Below the pieces are notes generated by a model that was not told the origin of the DNA, ran no database searches, and saw nothing but the letters and a program-made list of their open reading frames with translations. A stretch of 64,000 nt of DNA. Origin: Eledone cirrhosa. Taxonomy: Eukaryota. Shown here one piece after another: positions 13,060 to 26,787 of this stretch (position 1 is its first letter; every line of letters begins with the position of its first letter). Location of the stretch: positions 196,850,001 through 196,914,000 of the forward strand of contig OZ024740.1 in NCBI GenBank assembly GCA_964016885.1, read 5' to 3'. A program made the translations under genes and the position numbers.

Positions 13060-13756
13060 GTGAATATGTATATATACTGTACATACAAATTTCATACTTG
13101 ACGACCCAATATATATCTATCAAAATAATATATATTAGATGTCTTTAGCCGAAGTGAAGCGTGCTCAATGCTTAGAAATGCGATGTTAAATATTATAGCG
13201 GAGCTAATATTTAAGGATTATCCCCTCAGTGACATCTTTAAGGACAAACATTTCCTCTGATAAGTCTTATAAGTGCATCTCTACGATGGAATATATACCT
13301 ATATGTCTACCTACTGTATCGTAAATGTACTTGAAGATGAAACAGTGTAAGAATTAAACTGTGTTTTTAAATGTCTTGCTTTCTCCTCCATATATTTATG
13401 ATTATACACACACACACATATATATAATGTATGTGTAAGGCCTTTGTATCTAGCGATCTATATAACTAATATACAGGAAGCAAATGAAGAGAAAACTCCA
13501 TGAACCCTATCAAAGTTTATCTTCCTTGATCTGTAAAATATTCCAGTAAGAAATAACTACATTCATATTTAACTGACGCAGAGCTAGTATTGTGAGAAAT
13601 TAGTCAAAACTTGTTGCTATCAGTTATAAAATTCACGCAAACACGACGTATCCCTTTCTCTCTCTCTCTCTCTCTCTTCACTTACTCTATCTAACCCTTC
13701 CTTTGTACGTATGCGCACACATTCACACACACGCACACGCACGTATTTACATATTT

Positions 13757-13801
<45 letters not shown>

Positions 13802-13813
13802 GGGGGGGGGGGG

Positions 13814-13862
<49 letters not shown>

Positions 13863-13918
13863 ATGAGTGTGTGTATGTATGTATATTTACATATGTATAT
13901 ATGAGTGTGTGTATGTAT

Positions 13919-13989
<71 letters not shown>

Positions 13990-14207
13990 GGGGGGGGGGT
14001 ATATGTATATATATATATATATATATGTGTGTGTATGAGTGTGTGTATGTATGTATATTTACATATGTATATATGAGCGTGTGTATGTATGTGATATATA
14101 TATATATGCATATATCACACAGTCTCTCACACCCACACATACATATATACACACCCGATACATAGACATATGGAGGGCGAGCTTTCTTGGCGTCTTAGAT
14201 TTCACTG

Positions 14208-14308
<101 letters not shown>

Positions 14309-14432
14309 ACACTACTGCAGCTAAAATCTCTCGCCCAAGAGAGCAGCAGTTCCCTTGACTAAGCGTGGGAAACATTAAACTGATACTTAAAGAATTACTT
14401 AAAGGGAGCAGTTCGTTTCACACACACACACA

Positions 14433-14472
<40 letters not shown>

Positions 14473-14526
14473 TGACTGAAACCAGTAAAACCAGTGTATA
14501 TTAACATATACACAAACACACACAGA

Positions 14527-15290
14527 TGAGGTCTGCCAAAAAAGTATCCGACCTAAGACTGGGGAACAAAAATGAAGTAGTTGGGTTCAATCGCTTACTC
14601 CCATTAAAGTAGACTTCTTGTGCCTCCACGCACTTTGCCTTGCAATCCTTTCACGGTTCGAAACACATCTGGAATGCTTCGTCAGGAATGGGTCTCAGTT
14701 TTGCCGTCGCAGTCCGCATAATGTCCTCTTCGTTCTTAAAGCGGGCGCTTTTCAACGGCATCTTCATTTTTGAGAACAAGAAGTCTGGAGGAGCCATGTC
14801 TGGTGTGTAAAGGAACCAGGCGGATGCCCTTCCCCCCCCCCCCAGAAACCTTGGAATACATGAGACGAATGAGCCGAGGTGTTGCTATGATGCAGCTGCC
14901 AGTTTTGTGTGGCACAGAGATCCGGTCTCTTGTGTCGAACTGCATCACGAAGACATCCAAGGACTTGCTGTTGTTTCTCCTTTGTAACTGTCCTAGTGTA
15001 TATTCGTGATCCATAACACCTCGGTCGCCGAAGAAAGCAGTCAACATCACATAGATTTTGCTCCTCACCTTACAGGCTATTTGGAACCTTGACATCGCTG
15101 GCTGCTTTCACTGTGATGACTGAGCTTTAGTTTCTTGGTAGTACCAGTACACTCACGTCTCATCTCTATTTCTCAAGGTATTCAGAAACTCAGGGTCCTT
15201 GTAAGTAGTATCGGAGAAAATAAAAATGTGACGAACGGCACCTCAAACGCTAGCTGTCCGACAATGACTGACACATCCACGAGCTTGTAG
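14527..15290 (-). pseudogene. Degenerate mariner transposase / element
   Basis: Fragment MLTAFFGDRGVMDHEY and a mariner-like terminus gaggtctgccaaaaaagtatccgacct; frameshifted. Confidence 0.7.
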
Positions 15291-15536
15291 CGAAATCTGT
15301 CCACCTTTGGGTCACATTTAACGGTCATTTTCTAGGTTATCTCCTTTCGGGCGTTAACAGGTCTGGAAATGGACGACCTCTAAAGGTCAGCCCTTTGTTC
15401 TCTAAGGCTTGGGGACAGAGGAAGCAACATAGATAAATAGCCTGCCTTAGACTAGCACAGACAGCAGTTCAAAGTGGTTCTTGATAGAGTGAACATGTGA
15501 ACTATTGCTTACTACAGACCCTTTGGGGGTCTTACA

Positions 15537-15624
<88 letters not shown>

Positions 15625-17043
15625 CTTGGTCTCTATCTCTTGGTCTCTCTCTCAACCAAGCCAGTGAAGTTCATGAAGTTTTCTTGGTAAATACAATTTA
15701 ATTCAAACAAATAACATACATAGCTTGTGTATCTTTCGTATAGCTTCGGTGTGAGCTATTTTCAAAAAATTAATAATATAGCGGTTTGGTGTCATTGTGG
15801 TTCATTTATATATATTCATTTTCTGCGTGATCAAGGAACTATCATATCATCATCATCTTATTGAACGCTTACTCACTTACCTGCACACATGCAACCTCAG
15901 GTCACACTGTATCACACAACACAACAAGCTACAAGTGAGCACACACGCAACAAACGAATCAACTCCACAACATCATCATCTACCAATCCGACCATCAAAA
16001 AATTGCTATAATTGGTGACCTCCCGAAATGATTCGAACACGCAGCTTTCATGAATAATCAATAATTACCAAGCTTCTCATTTATATAATAACACTTCACT
16101 TCTTCAAATTATTTACCAAACTTCGATTCTACGGAATATTTACGGTGACTTCGCTTCGATTCTTCAATTCATGACCAAACATTTTACAACGAACATCTTT
16201 TATAAAAGAAAATACTAACTAGTAAATTACTGTATTGAGGTGCTCTTCCCGTGCATTAGAGTAACTGATAACTAAATTTTATTTATTAGAAATGTAATTA
16301 GTATTAATATCTATATGCTTTGCTCTTTAGCTAAGTGTTAGACCTGGCATATTTACTTTCACTCTAACAACCTCCCTTGATTCTCATATGCTGATTTTAC
16401 CTTCTTACTCCCATTAGAGATAGTTGTAAAGATTTCTCTCTTAACGCCTGACCGGCTTGGCATACACAGGTCAGAAAGTCATCTTACTCTTTCCCCCTTT
16501 GTTCTATAGACCAATTCAGCCCCCCCCCCCCCGCTATGAAGGAATATAACCATGTACATGGGGCATCCCAAAATCATTGACCACTCCCCGTGACAAGAAA
16601 AACAACAAATTTTTAGGATTGTTAAATTTGATACTTCTGCTTTTTTTGTTTTGACTGCATGCCCATATATGGGCTGTACCCTTTGATAGGTTCAGCTAGA
16701 TCCCCCCCCGTCCTAATACTGCTGGGTTAATTCGGATCTAGCTGTCGAAACGGCCGGAGCTCAGGCGTCGGGGTCCTGACTCTTTTCCTATATATATATA
16801 TATATATACTCAACAAAATAATTTGGAGATAATTATAAAGAATTAGTATATCTACCAACATATATACACAGATGCATACCTATGCTAGCAAATATATAGG
16901 TTTTGTCTTAGTAACTTTGTGGTTCAATGCAAGGGGATTCAGAACAATTATATGAAAGACGTAAAATAAAAAAATTATAAAAATTAACTTACTTACTAAA
17001 GTAAGTAAGTTAATTTTTATAATTTTCTTATTTTACGTCTTTC

Positions 17044-17093
<50 letters not shown>

Positions 17094-17334
17094 ATAATAA
17101 ATACAAAAACCAAAATCCGAAGAGGGCTCCATAAGGATTGTATATATATCTATACGATAAAGCTGACGGCCGTATGTAGGTAACAAACTTTCCGCCAAAT
17201 GGCTGGACCAAACAACACCAAATTTGCACCATAGATGTAACTTTTTCCAAGTAAAAAAGTGAAGGTATTTTTGCCTACTGAATTTTGTTAAAAGATTAAA
17301 GACATTATTTAAATATTCACTGGTGGATATTAAC

Positions 17335-17525
17335 GGCGGTGGATTGGCAGTATCGGTAGAGGGTTGGACACCATGCTTTGACGCATAGAGTTACAGCCCT
17401 TGCCATTCTGAGTTCAAATCTCGCTGAGGTTAACTTTGCCTTTCATCCTTACGGGTTCGATAAAATAAAGTACCAGTAATGCGCTGGGATAATTGCTGGC
17501 CTTGTGCCAAAAGTAGAAACAATTA
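17335..17525 (+). mobile_element. Deu/Nin-core SINE
   Basis: Same family as 6515-6705. Confidence 0.8.
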
Positions 17526-18299
17526 TTTAAATATTCACTTCTTTAAAATTTCAAATTTCAACACTTCCGGTTATACGTCATTCCTCACTTTTTCTTATGG
17601 CGTCGCACAACATTCCCCTCTTTCTCTTAGTCTGTCTTTTTAGATAGATACATAGCTATAACGTAGCGCCCTTATAATATGTCTCTGTGTGTCTCTGTAT
17701 GCCTGGCTGTCTGCATTAGATAACGTTTTTCGAAATATTTACTTCTGCGTTCACAGACGGATTTTTTAAGTTTCAGAAGATCCCGTTAAGGGTGAAAGCA
17801 GCGTTTCTTTGCTTAAACTTTTAATATATATATTCGTGTACAGATATTTTTGCATACACAAAAACAAAACCTATTTATTTCACGAAAGCACAGACGGCTT
17901 ATCGTCATTGTTACTGTTCGAGGTTAGAGAACCACAGTCTTTCCAAGATCTGAGAACCATCAATGGCCATTAATGTTCCACTTACCGTTTGGCTTGCCAG
18001 ATGCGTGGTATGTTACACGATGACAGCCATTGGCACCTCACCCTGCAAGAAGCAGCAACTGCTAAAGTCCCTTCTCAGCTGCGAAAACATGTTGTTATTA
18101 TGCTGCACAACTGACTTAAGGGAAATATAAATAAATAAATAAATATATACACAAGTACAATAACAACAAACACATATAAACACACTAGTAAACAAAGATA
18201 GAATACAAAAACCAAAACACATACACTCAAACGCGAACACATACACCAAACATTATACACACACGCAAACGCATGCGCAGAGACGGAGACAAGAGGAAA

Positions 18300-18338
<39 letters not shown>

Positions 18339-18618
18339 AATAAAAATGGCGTAGACATTACAATTCAATACAATAGGAGGGAACATAATAGTACCACTGA
18401 TGATGTTGCAGATGTGCAACGAAAGAACTTTGATAGAGTATATATATATATTTATAGCTGTATTTTTAACCGTTGGTCAATCAATGATAAACGTTGATTG
18501 CCAAATAAATTAACCAAGGAGATATCAAAGATACAGAAGCGAAAACCAACCAAACTTGAGTGTGTCTTGTTATTATTTCTGGCAATATTATTACAACAAT
18601 ATGACCCTCCCCAAGTAT

Positions 18619-18670
<52 letters not shown>

Positions 18671-18958
18671 AAATAACGAAACGAAATTAAACTTCGTTTC
18701 GCTTGTAACTCACTTTTGTATGACTGACGCTTAAACAATTAAGTTAAAGATGTACATCCATATATGTATACTGAAATACTAGTATGTATATGAATACACA
18801 CACGTATACATATGTAGATGTACCAAGTTTTTTCACTGGTCACTTTACTGTGAGTGGCCAGCTATTCTGTATGTAAACACACAGACAAACCGGTTTTTAG
18901 AGTCATACTGGTTTTTGAGGAAACACCTTTCCTCTATTCTCCAGAAAGCCAGACAAGG

Positions 18959-19003
18959 AATATTGAACTAGTTTCGTTGTTGTTACAACTCATCAGCAAC
19001 ATT
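18959..19003 (-). ncRNA. Minimal type I hammerhead ribozyme
   Basis: AAUGUUG CUGAUGA GUUGU-aaca-ACAAC GAAA CUAG UU CAAUAUU; palindromic helix III (ACUAGU). Confidence 0.85.
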
Positions 19004-19603
19004 TACCTATCTTCCGGCCTCTCTAGAGAATCGTAAAAGCACATATCGTTATATGCTTTTTCTATGAAAATTAGTAGTGGGCAGACTAACTTGCATAGAG
19101 TGTGAGTAAGTACCGGTTCAACGGAGACGATAAAAACAAATAACGAAACAAAATTAAACTTCGTTTCGCTTGTAACTCACTTTTGTATGACTGACGCTTA
19201 AACAATTAAGTTAAAGATGTACATCCATATATGTATACTGAAATACTAGTATGTATATGAATACACACACGTATACATATGTAGATGTACCAAGTTTTTT
19301 CACTGGTCACTTTACTGTGAGTGGCCAGCTATTCTGTATGTAAACACACAGACAAACCGGTTTTTAGAGTCATACTGGTTTTTGAGGAAACACCTTTCCT
19401 CTATTCTCTAGAAAGCCAGACAAGGAGTGAGTTACAAGCGAAACGAAGTTTAATTTCGTTTCGTTATTTGTTTTTATCGTCTCCGTTGAACCGGTACTTA
19501 CTCACACTCTATGCAAGTTAGTCTGCCCACTACTAATTTTCATAGAAAAAGCATATAACGATATGTGCTTTTACGATTCTCTAGAGAGGCCGGAAGATAG
19601 GTA

Positions 19604-19648
19604 AATGTTGCTGATGAGTTGTAACAACAACGAAACTAGTTCAATATT
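19604..19648 (+). ncRNA. Minimal type I hammerhead ribozyme
   Basis: aatgttg ctgatga gttgt aaca acaac gaaa ctag tt caatatt; predicted cleavage after 19641. Confidence 0.85.
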
Positions 19649-20070
19649 CCTTGTCTGGCTTTCTGGAGAATAGAGGAAAGGTGTTTCCTCAAAAACCAGT
19701 ATGACTCTAAAAACCGGTTTGTCTGTGTGTTTACAGACAGAATAGCTGGCCACTCACAGTAAAGTGACCAGTGAAAAAACTTGGTACATCTACATATGTA
19801 TACGTGTGTGTATTCATATACATACTAGTATTTCAGTATACATATATGGATGTACATCTTTAACTTAATTGTTTAAGCGTCAGTCATACAAAAGTGAGTT
19901 ACAAGCGAAACGAAGTTTAATTTCGTTTCGTTATTTGTTTTTATCGTCTCCGTTGAACCGGTACTTACTCACACTCTATGCAAGTTAGTCTGCCCACTAC
20001 TAATTTTCATAGAAAAAGCATATAACGATATGTGCTTTTACGATTCTCTAGAGAGGCCGGAAGATAGGTA

Positions 20071-20115
20071 AATGTTGCTGATGAGTTGTAACAACAACGA
20101 AACTAGTTCAATATT
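20071..20115 (+). ncRNA. Minimal type I hammerhead ribozyme
   Basis: Identical motif one 467-bp period downstream of 19604. Confidence 0.85.
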
Positions 20116-20352
20116 CCTTGTCTGGCTTTCTGGAGAATAGAGGAAAGGTGTTTCCTCAAAAACCAGTATGACTCTAAAAACCGGTTTGTCTGTGTGTTTA
20201 CATACAGAATAGCTGGCCACTCACAGTAAAGTGACCAGTGAAAAAACTTGGTACATCTACATATGTATACGTGTGTGTATTCATATACATACTAGTATTT
20301 CAGTATACATATATGGATGTACATCTTTAACTTAATTATATATATATATATA

Positions 20353-22860
20353 TAAGTGAAAGAGTGAAGAATAACATAGTCGGCTGTAAAAAAAGGGTTT
20401 TATTTACAGTATTAACAATTGTTTCATTGATCAGGTGAGTCTAAAGGCCGCTGATCACTCGAAATTGCGTCACTCGACCTTAAATACAGTGTGCGTCTTT
20501 GATCAAATCATCGGAATACTGGAGGGTGTAACACATGGTATTTATAGATACATCGGAGAATCAAGTGAATGAAAACAATAACACCAATAATAAAAGATAA
20601 TAAACAATAATAAAAGTATAAAGAAGTAAAAATGAAAATGATAAAGATGTAAAAAATAAGTAAAAAATAAGTACAAAATGCAGTTACTGATAATAGTAGT
20701 TGAAATTATAATGGTGAGTAAGTGGATGTGTAAACTAGTGATGACAGTAATGATAACAATAACATAAAAAGAAATACGGTATATGATAGGGGAATTGTAG
20801 TGTATTGAGTTCATGAATTGACGAAATAAAAATGCAAGAGATATAACAAAATAGCAGAGGATTAAAATAAAAAATAAAAAGTAAGAGAGAAAGAGATAAA
20901 GAACAGGAGATAGGGAATAAAGAATAAGGATTCGAGGATGAGATATAAAGGGTAGGACTAAGGGTGGGGGAGCAGTGGATAGACAGATAGAGAATAAAAA
21001 GTGAAAGGGACAGTGATGATATATGGGTGATTAAGCTCAGGTAGACTGTTTTATATTAATGGGGGTGATGCGGCTATAGAGAGAGAGTGAAAGAAAGGTT
21101 GGGAGATTCGTGATGTTGATTTAATGAACAGTTGGTCAGTTGACAGCTATTAACAGTGAAATCGTGTGAAGCTAGTACATTTAAATCCGGGTGGTTTTGA
21201 CTGAATTCCGAGATTGATGGATTGAATCATGCCGGTTGTGGTTTGAAGTTAGAGAATTTGATGGCTGCTTTGTGCCTACAGAAGATTGTTCACTCTATCT
21301 TGTTGTTAAGTAGCATTTTATCATATTTTAAAATATGGAGCAGCTCCATATTGCATAGTCCGCAGTGGGACATTCCATTTTTGTAGGCCCTTGCATTCGA
21401 TAATTTCGATCAGCTAATCTCATATTCCTGGTTGATGTCCTTAAGCTGCCATATCTTATTGACCAGCATTCGTTGTATTCTCAAGTCTACGTTTTTTTAT
21501 AGAATACCTATGCACATACCATCTTTTTTTTTTAAATCTCCAGCTGTAGAACGTATGTAGTGCCATGCTAGGTTGCCAAATTTTATAGTACACAGGTACG
21601 GTACACTATATTTGATTCTAGGCATCTATTCTGCAGTGGGCATTTATCCGGTAGGTGACAGTTACATTTGGAGGCCTTCCTGTGTGCAGGTTCTCCGTTG
21701 CGGTTCTGCATGTTGTTAGGGATGGGTTGGGATTTAGGTTTATTGGTGTTTTGTTGTGATGTGCCCTGGGGTATGGGTGGTTGTGATGTTGTTATGTGTT
21801 TGCGTTTTGTATTTGGTGCTATGGTGTATGTTGGTAGATTACATTCCTTAGAGATTCTTTTATAGTTGATTTTACGTATGTGTGATTCTATGTTGGCTGC
21901 AGTAGAGTAAGAGAATTTAATAGTTTTTCTGTTAAAGATTCTATGGTATTTGTGTAGTTTAGGGAAGTGTTTGTCAATTAGTTTAAAGAATATAGAAGGT
22001 AGGTTGGTTTTATAGAAGAGTTGAAGGTTGGATTGAACCATCAATATTTCCTATCAACCATAAATATTTCCCATAAATATTTCCTATCTCTGGATTTCTG
22101 GAGTTTCTAGCGGTCCCTATATTAGTGTTCGGTTCGGCTATTTCGCGTGCCAGTTGCCTATTTCCATGTTTAGTTCTATATTTGTTATTCCTATAGGTGC
22201 GGGTAGTGTAGTTGTCGTTAGGTTTGCAGTTACTGTCTCTATCGGGTATGTATTTGAGCCCCTTCTTGTGGCCTGCTTTATGTAGAGCTATGTTATAGTA
22301 GTTTGCGTGTTCATTGAAAATTTCTAGGTTAAAAGATAGGCGGGATATTCTTAGGGATATACAATGTGCTATCGAGTTAATTATGGAGCGAGGGTGGTTT
22401 GAGTTATAACTAATGTAGGCTAGATTCTCGTTATTTTTATGGAAAGGCTCTATTATTCCTGTGTTTAGGTTGAGTGTTACATCTCAGAAGTTTGCTTTTT
22501 TAGAGTTAAGTTCGAAAATGATACCTAGGCCTAATCTATTGAAGAAAACCCTAAGTTTTTCCGTAATCTTTCCATGCTTTGATTATTCATGTTTTTAGCT
22601 AAAAGGAGCGTGTCGTCTCTATTAATTCCTCCTTGGTGGTTACTAAATTCCTTATGTAAGTTATGCGCTATATATATTCCAACTATGTCTGTTACTTGTG
22701 CTGAGTCGCTAGATCCCATTGTAATGTCGAAGCTATTCTGTCTTTTTTTTTTTTTTCGTTCCCAGTAACTATTTTAAAATCTAATGATAGTTCTCCTAGC
22801 AGCTAGTTTATTCTAATTTAATCAGAGGTTAGGACTGAATTTTACCCTACAAACAACTAA
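20353..22860 (-). mobile_element. Degenerate 5'-truncated Penelope-like element (RT plus GIY-YIG)
   Basis: RT motifs ITMGSSDSAQVTDIVG and NRDD; FNRKTIKFSYS; CNCHLPDKCPLQNRCLESNIVY; stops and frameshifts; both ends at (TA)n. Confidence 0.85.
20407..20521 (-). ncRNA. Type I hammerhead motif with long helix II (core variant CCGAUGA)
   Basis: CAGUAUU CCGAUGA uUUGAUCA..UGAUCAAu GAAA CAAUUG UU AAUACUG at the 3' end of the Penelope element. Confidence 0.7.
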
Positions 22861-22914
<54 letters not shown>

Positions 22915-22925
22915 GAATATAAAAG

Positions 22926-23238
22926 AAAAACGAACACAGACATATACATATATGTGTTCAAATCGTAAGGGACCAGATTCGCTTACTAATTTATCACCCA
23001 CTGACGAGCATAAATTGGTAATTCTATTCACAATTAATTTTGCGAAACAACACCAAGTTGTCTGGGTGATTGGTAGTTACCACAATTCCGGTTTGTATTC
23101 ATTTTCTTTATTTTCCTGATTTTTTCTTAAATTGAAACAAGCAAACCCAATTGTCTATAGTTAGTATTCTCTTTACCTTAGCGAGTCTGGTCCCTTACGA
23201 TTTGAACACATATATGTATAAATCTGTGTTCGTTTTTC
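22926..23238. mobile_element. Inverted-repeat cassette (about 58-bp arms) enclosing a canonical hammerhead
   Basis: gaaaaacgaacacaga..aagggaccagattcgct (22926-22983) versus agcgagtctggtccctt..tgtgttcgtttttc (23180-23238), between two (TA)n tracts. Confidence 0.8.
22993..23070 (+). ncRNA. Canonical type I hammerhead ribozyme
   Basis: AUCACCCA CUGACGA GCA..UGC GAAA CAAC-accaa-GUUG UC UGGGUGAU; 8-bp helix I; GUC cleavage predicted after 23062. Confidence 0.9.
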
Positions 23239-23327
23239 AATTATAATATACGGCTCGGAAATATCTCTTTCTTCGAGCTATTTTATTGTAAGAGACTATT
23301 TTGAGTTCCTAACTCAATATATACCTT

Positions 23328-23371
<44 letters not shown>

Positions 23372-26300
23372 TTAGTTGTTTGTAAGGTAAAATATGAAAA
23401 TAAATAGTATTAAAATTAGTGTCTGACAAATGATAGAATAAACGAAGCCTTGTATGGAAATATATTTTATAGATATTTGAATGAAATCCATAAAGCAAGA
23501 AAGACGATAAAGTTTTCAGAGATAAATGTTTAGAATATGAGTTTTTAAAAAATGGTAGTTTATTTTGTCAACCCCGGAAGGATAATAGGGAGACCCTACC
23601 AAAATTTGAAATGGAGGATCTATTAATTGCCGTTATGCAATGTGATGCTGAGAAGATATGGCGGGGATGATACATTTTTCAGTATTTCCGTTATTAAAAC
23701 CTATGCTTATTTACCTTAGCCATTGTATTTCGATTATATATTTTTAAAATGTTCGCTATATTATGTGTATTGGTTGTAGAGATAGGTATATATTTTGATT
23801 TTCTTCTAGTTACTGAAAGTGATGTTGTCAGATTTCGAGAAGTTTTCAAGAAAACTGGCTTCCAGTTGCAAAGTAAGGCTAAACTCTAGGGGGAGGGGGG
23901 CGTTCTCGTTTTGCTAACTAGAAGAAGCGCCGATCACTTAGAAGCTCTAGCTGTGGTCCCGTGACTATAGCTTCTTTCAGCTTCGCTGTGCTAAAAGCAC
24001 CGCTCGCCTTGGAAGCTCAGTCAAGTATTAATTCAATGATGTTGAAAGTAATAAATCTGTAAAGAACACAAGATCACATAAAGAATTCATCTGAATTAAT
24101 TGAAAACATATGCAGTAAAGAAAGGGGTTTTAATAACGTCTGTGTTTAGAATAGTTGTAAACAGTTAATTGACTGTTCTAACTTGTAGGAATGTCACCAG
24201 TATTGCAAGCTGTCATATTACATAGAATGAGAATTAGAAACTCTGTCAAGGAATTTGTTGAGAATCCGATCCCGGTTATCATCACTTGGTGGAAGTTGGC
24301 AAATATGTCAGCAAAACAACTTACAGAAATAATGGCTCTGAACTTAAGGTTGTCAATTGTAATCAGGAAAATATTAGCTAAAAATCTATTTTTAAAATGT
24401 ATGCAAGTGCCCAAAGAAAGCCGTAGTGCTCGATATAAGCTTGCAACAAACCCGGGTATCCATATTAGAGCAGGTGGTGGGGGCATACAACCACAAAGTC
24501 ATGCAGAATTACATCTTAATATATATTAAGTTCTTTATTACATGTAGTCTTCTGTGTTTGTTTGGTGTGTGATTTAACTAGGGAAAATAAAGGACTTTTA
24601 ACTCGCTTAATTTCCTAAGGTATTTTATGTATAAGAAGACAGTTGTTAAACATTTTGAGTAGTCATATCCATGCTCCAGGTTTTTTTTAAAAATCTTTTA
24701 GAACAAAAAGTGTCAATACAATTTATATAGTAAAAAATAGAAGAAGATTAAAGGTGTGTGTGTGTGGGGGGGGGGGGGGGGGGGGGAGATAATAAGGACT
24801 AAAAATAAAGAAAAAAAAGGAAAAGACCCACACACTCAAATACTCACCACAACAGGAGGCGCAGGAGCTTCCCTCTAATATTTTTTAGGCAAAGCAACAC
24901 ATTCACAGCATTGCTGCAGGTGAGAGTGTGGCTAAGGCGCCGAAATAACAGAACACTCACACGGACATCACCTGACACCTAGGTAAGACGAGTCGTCATC
25001 GATGAGAACTTCATTGTTTGAGACCCAGCTCTCTCAAACTTTTAGAACGTAGCTATAGGCTGGAAAAATAGTTTACCGATAAGTTCGGGTATTTTAGAAT
25101 TTTATTCTATTCGGGTACGGATGCAATGATCCCACCCCACCCACCTTTATCGCACCATCCAGGCTATTTACAAGAGCTAAAGAGTTGCTAACTGATTCAG
25201 GTTCAAAATGTTTTAGCTCTTCCATGAAGATTTTACTAAGACCTACTACCTTTTCATTGATTAGGCTATTGATACTCGTTTCAAGTTCGTCATGTGTAAA
25301 ACTCCGAGTAAACATATTTTCAGTTGTGATTTGACTGATTTCCTTTCAGAAAAACATTTTTATTTATTATTATTCCTTTGCTGTTTATTATATGTTGATG
25401 GGCAATATGGTTTGCATTGACGTCCTTTCTGTGTTTTGGGATCATCGCCTAACATTTGTATGAGGCACCATACTTTCGGGCTGTTACTATTCATAGTTAG
25501 GTGACTAATTGGCAGAGTCGTTAAAATGTTGGCTAGAATGCTTTGCCGTATTCGTTTTGGTTCTCTGCTCTCTGAGTTCAAATCCCACCAAAGTCAACTT
25601 TGCTTTTCATCCTTTTAAGATCGATAAAAAAAAGTACCAGTCTAGTAGTGTGGTTCAGTTTTCCTTTATATCTCTTTCATACTTTCTTTCTCTCACCCTC
25701 TATCCTTTTCTGGAAGAAATAGGTTGTGCTCAGACCTGGAAAGGAAATGGGCTCTGCCAGGTTTTAGAATGCCCAACGACACCATCAGAACTCACGGGTT
25801 CATACATATATATACATACTATTCATAGTTATGGATTCCATTAAAGATGTCCTAACTTGTCGATGAACTGACAGATTCACCAGTATTAATTGCATTTTCT
25901 GAATAAATGGATCAATCATATACATTAGTTTATATTTTTATATAACTCCTTTTTTAATGACTTCAGGTGTGTGTTCATGTTAGCAAACCCGGCTGTATTT
26001 ATTTATTTATTTTTTTCTTACTTGGCAAACGATTTAATCAAAGCAAGATAAGTTTAGGATCAGATTCTGGTGAATTAAATCGGAAACGTTCTCATTTTAT
26101 AAAACGAAAGTGTTTGTGAAATAGCGAGGAAAAGCATGGCTTAATGCGAATAATAGAAATTCTATTTTAAGGAGATCTATACTAATGGAAATTTTAATAT
26201 AAATCAAAGATTTGTTAAGTTCCACCAATTTTTTAAATAATACAAATTATTGAAAGAATACGATTGCGAATGCAAGTGGCCGAAATGGGGTTCATTAAGA

Positions 26301-26787
26301 CCAACAACACCTGACACGTTGAATACGAGCAAACATTAAATCTAGATTGTAACCACGTATTCAGTGTCCACGTTTAAATTGTTTTTGCCTGTTTAGCATT
26401 ATGGACTAAGTCGAGGTGGTCGCTTTTTGTGGAGGAATTAACTTCACTCGTGTAAGTTTGTTTTTGTTTGCTTTGGGTTTTTTTTTTTTTTTTTGCCAAC
26501 ACTTTAATAAAAACGTTATTATTGACAGATGTATAAATATCATTACAAATCCTTAGAGAATGAAAATATAAACATATATAAAAAATACAATTAATTTTTG
26601 CTAGGAACCTCACAAATATAATACACAAAATATATAAAATATAATAAACAAAAAGCGGGAAGTAAAAACAAAAACGAAAACGACCATCAATTCACCATCA
26701 AGTGCAACAATTGGCCGCACATCACAGGGGGTCAACGGAATATTTTGAGACACAGCTAGTGACTCTTTTGATCCCTCCCACATCATG

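Larger units (their letters stand above)
18667..20337. repeat. 467-bp tandem plus inverted array carrying hammerhead ribozymes (retrozyme/pLTR-like)
   Basis: Units at 18667-19133 and 19134-19426 are in one orientation; 19427-20337 is inverted with the same 467-bp period. Near-identical copies, with (TA)n on both sides. Confidence 0.92.

Noticed and set aside
18854-19036. 60-aa ORF repeated four times
   Set aside because: GTG start and no recognisable motif; it is a by-product of the 467-bp repeat and overlaps the ribozyme antisense.
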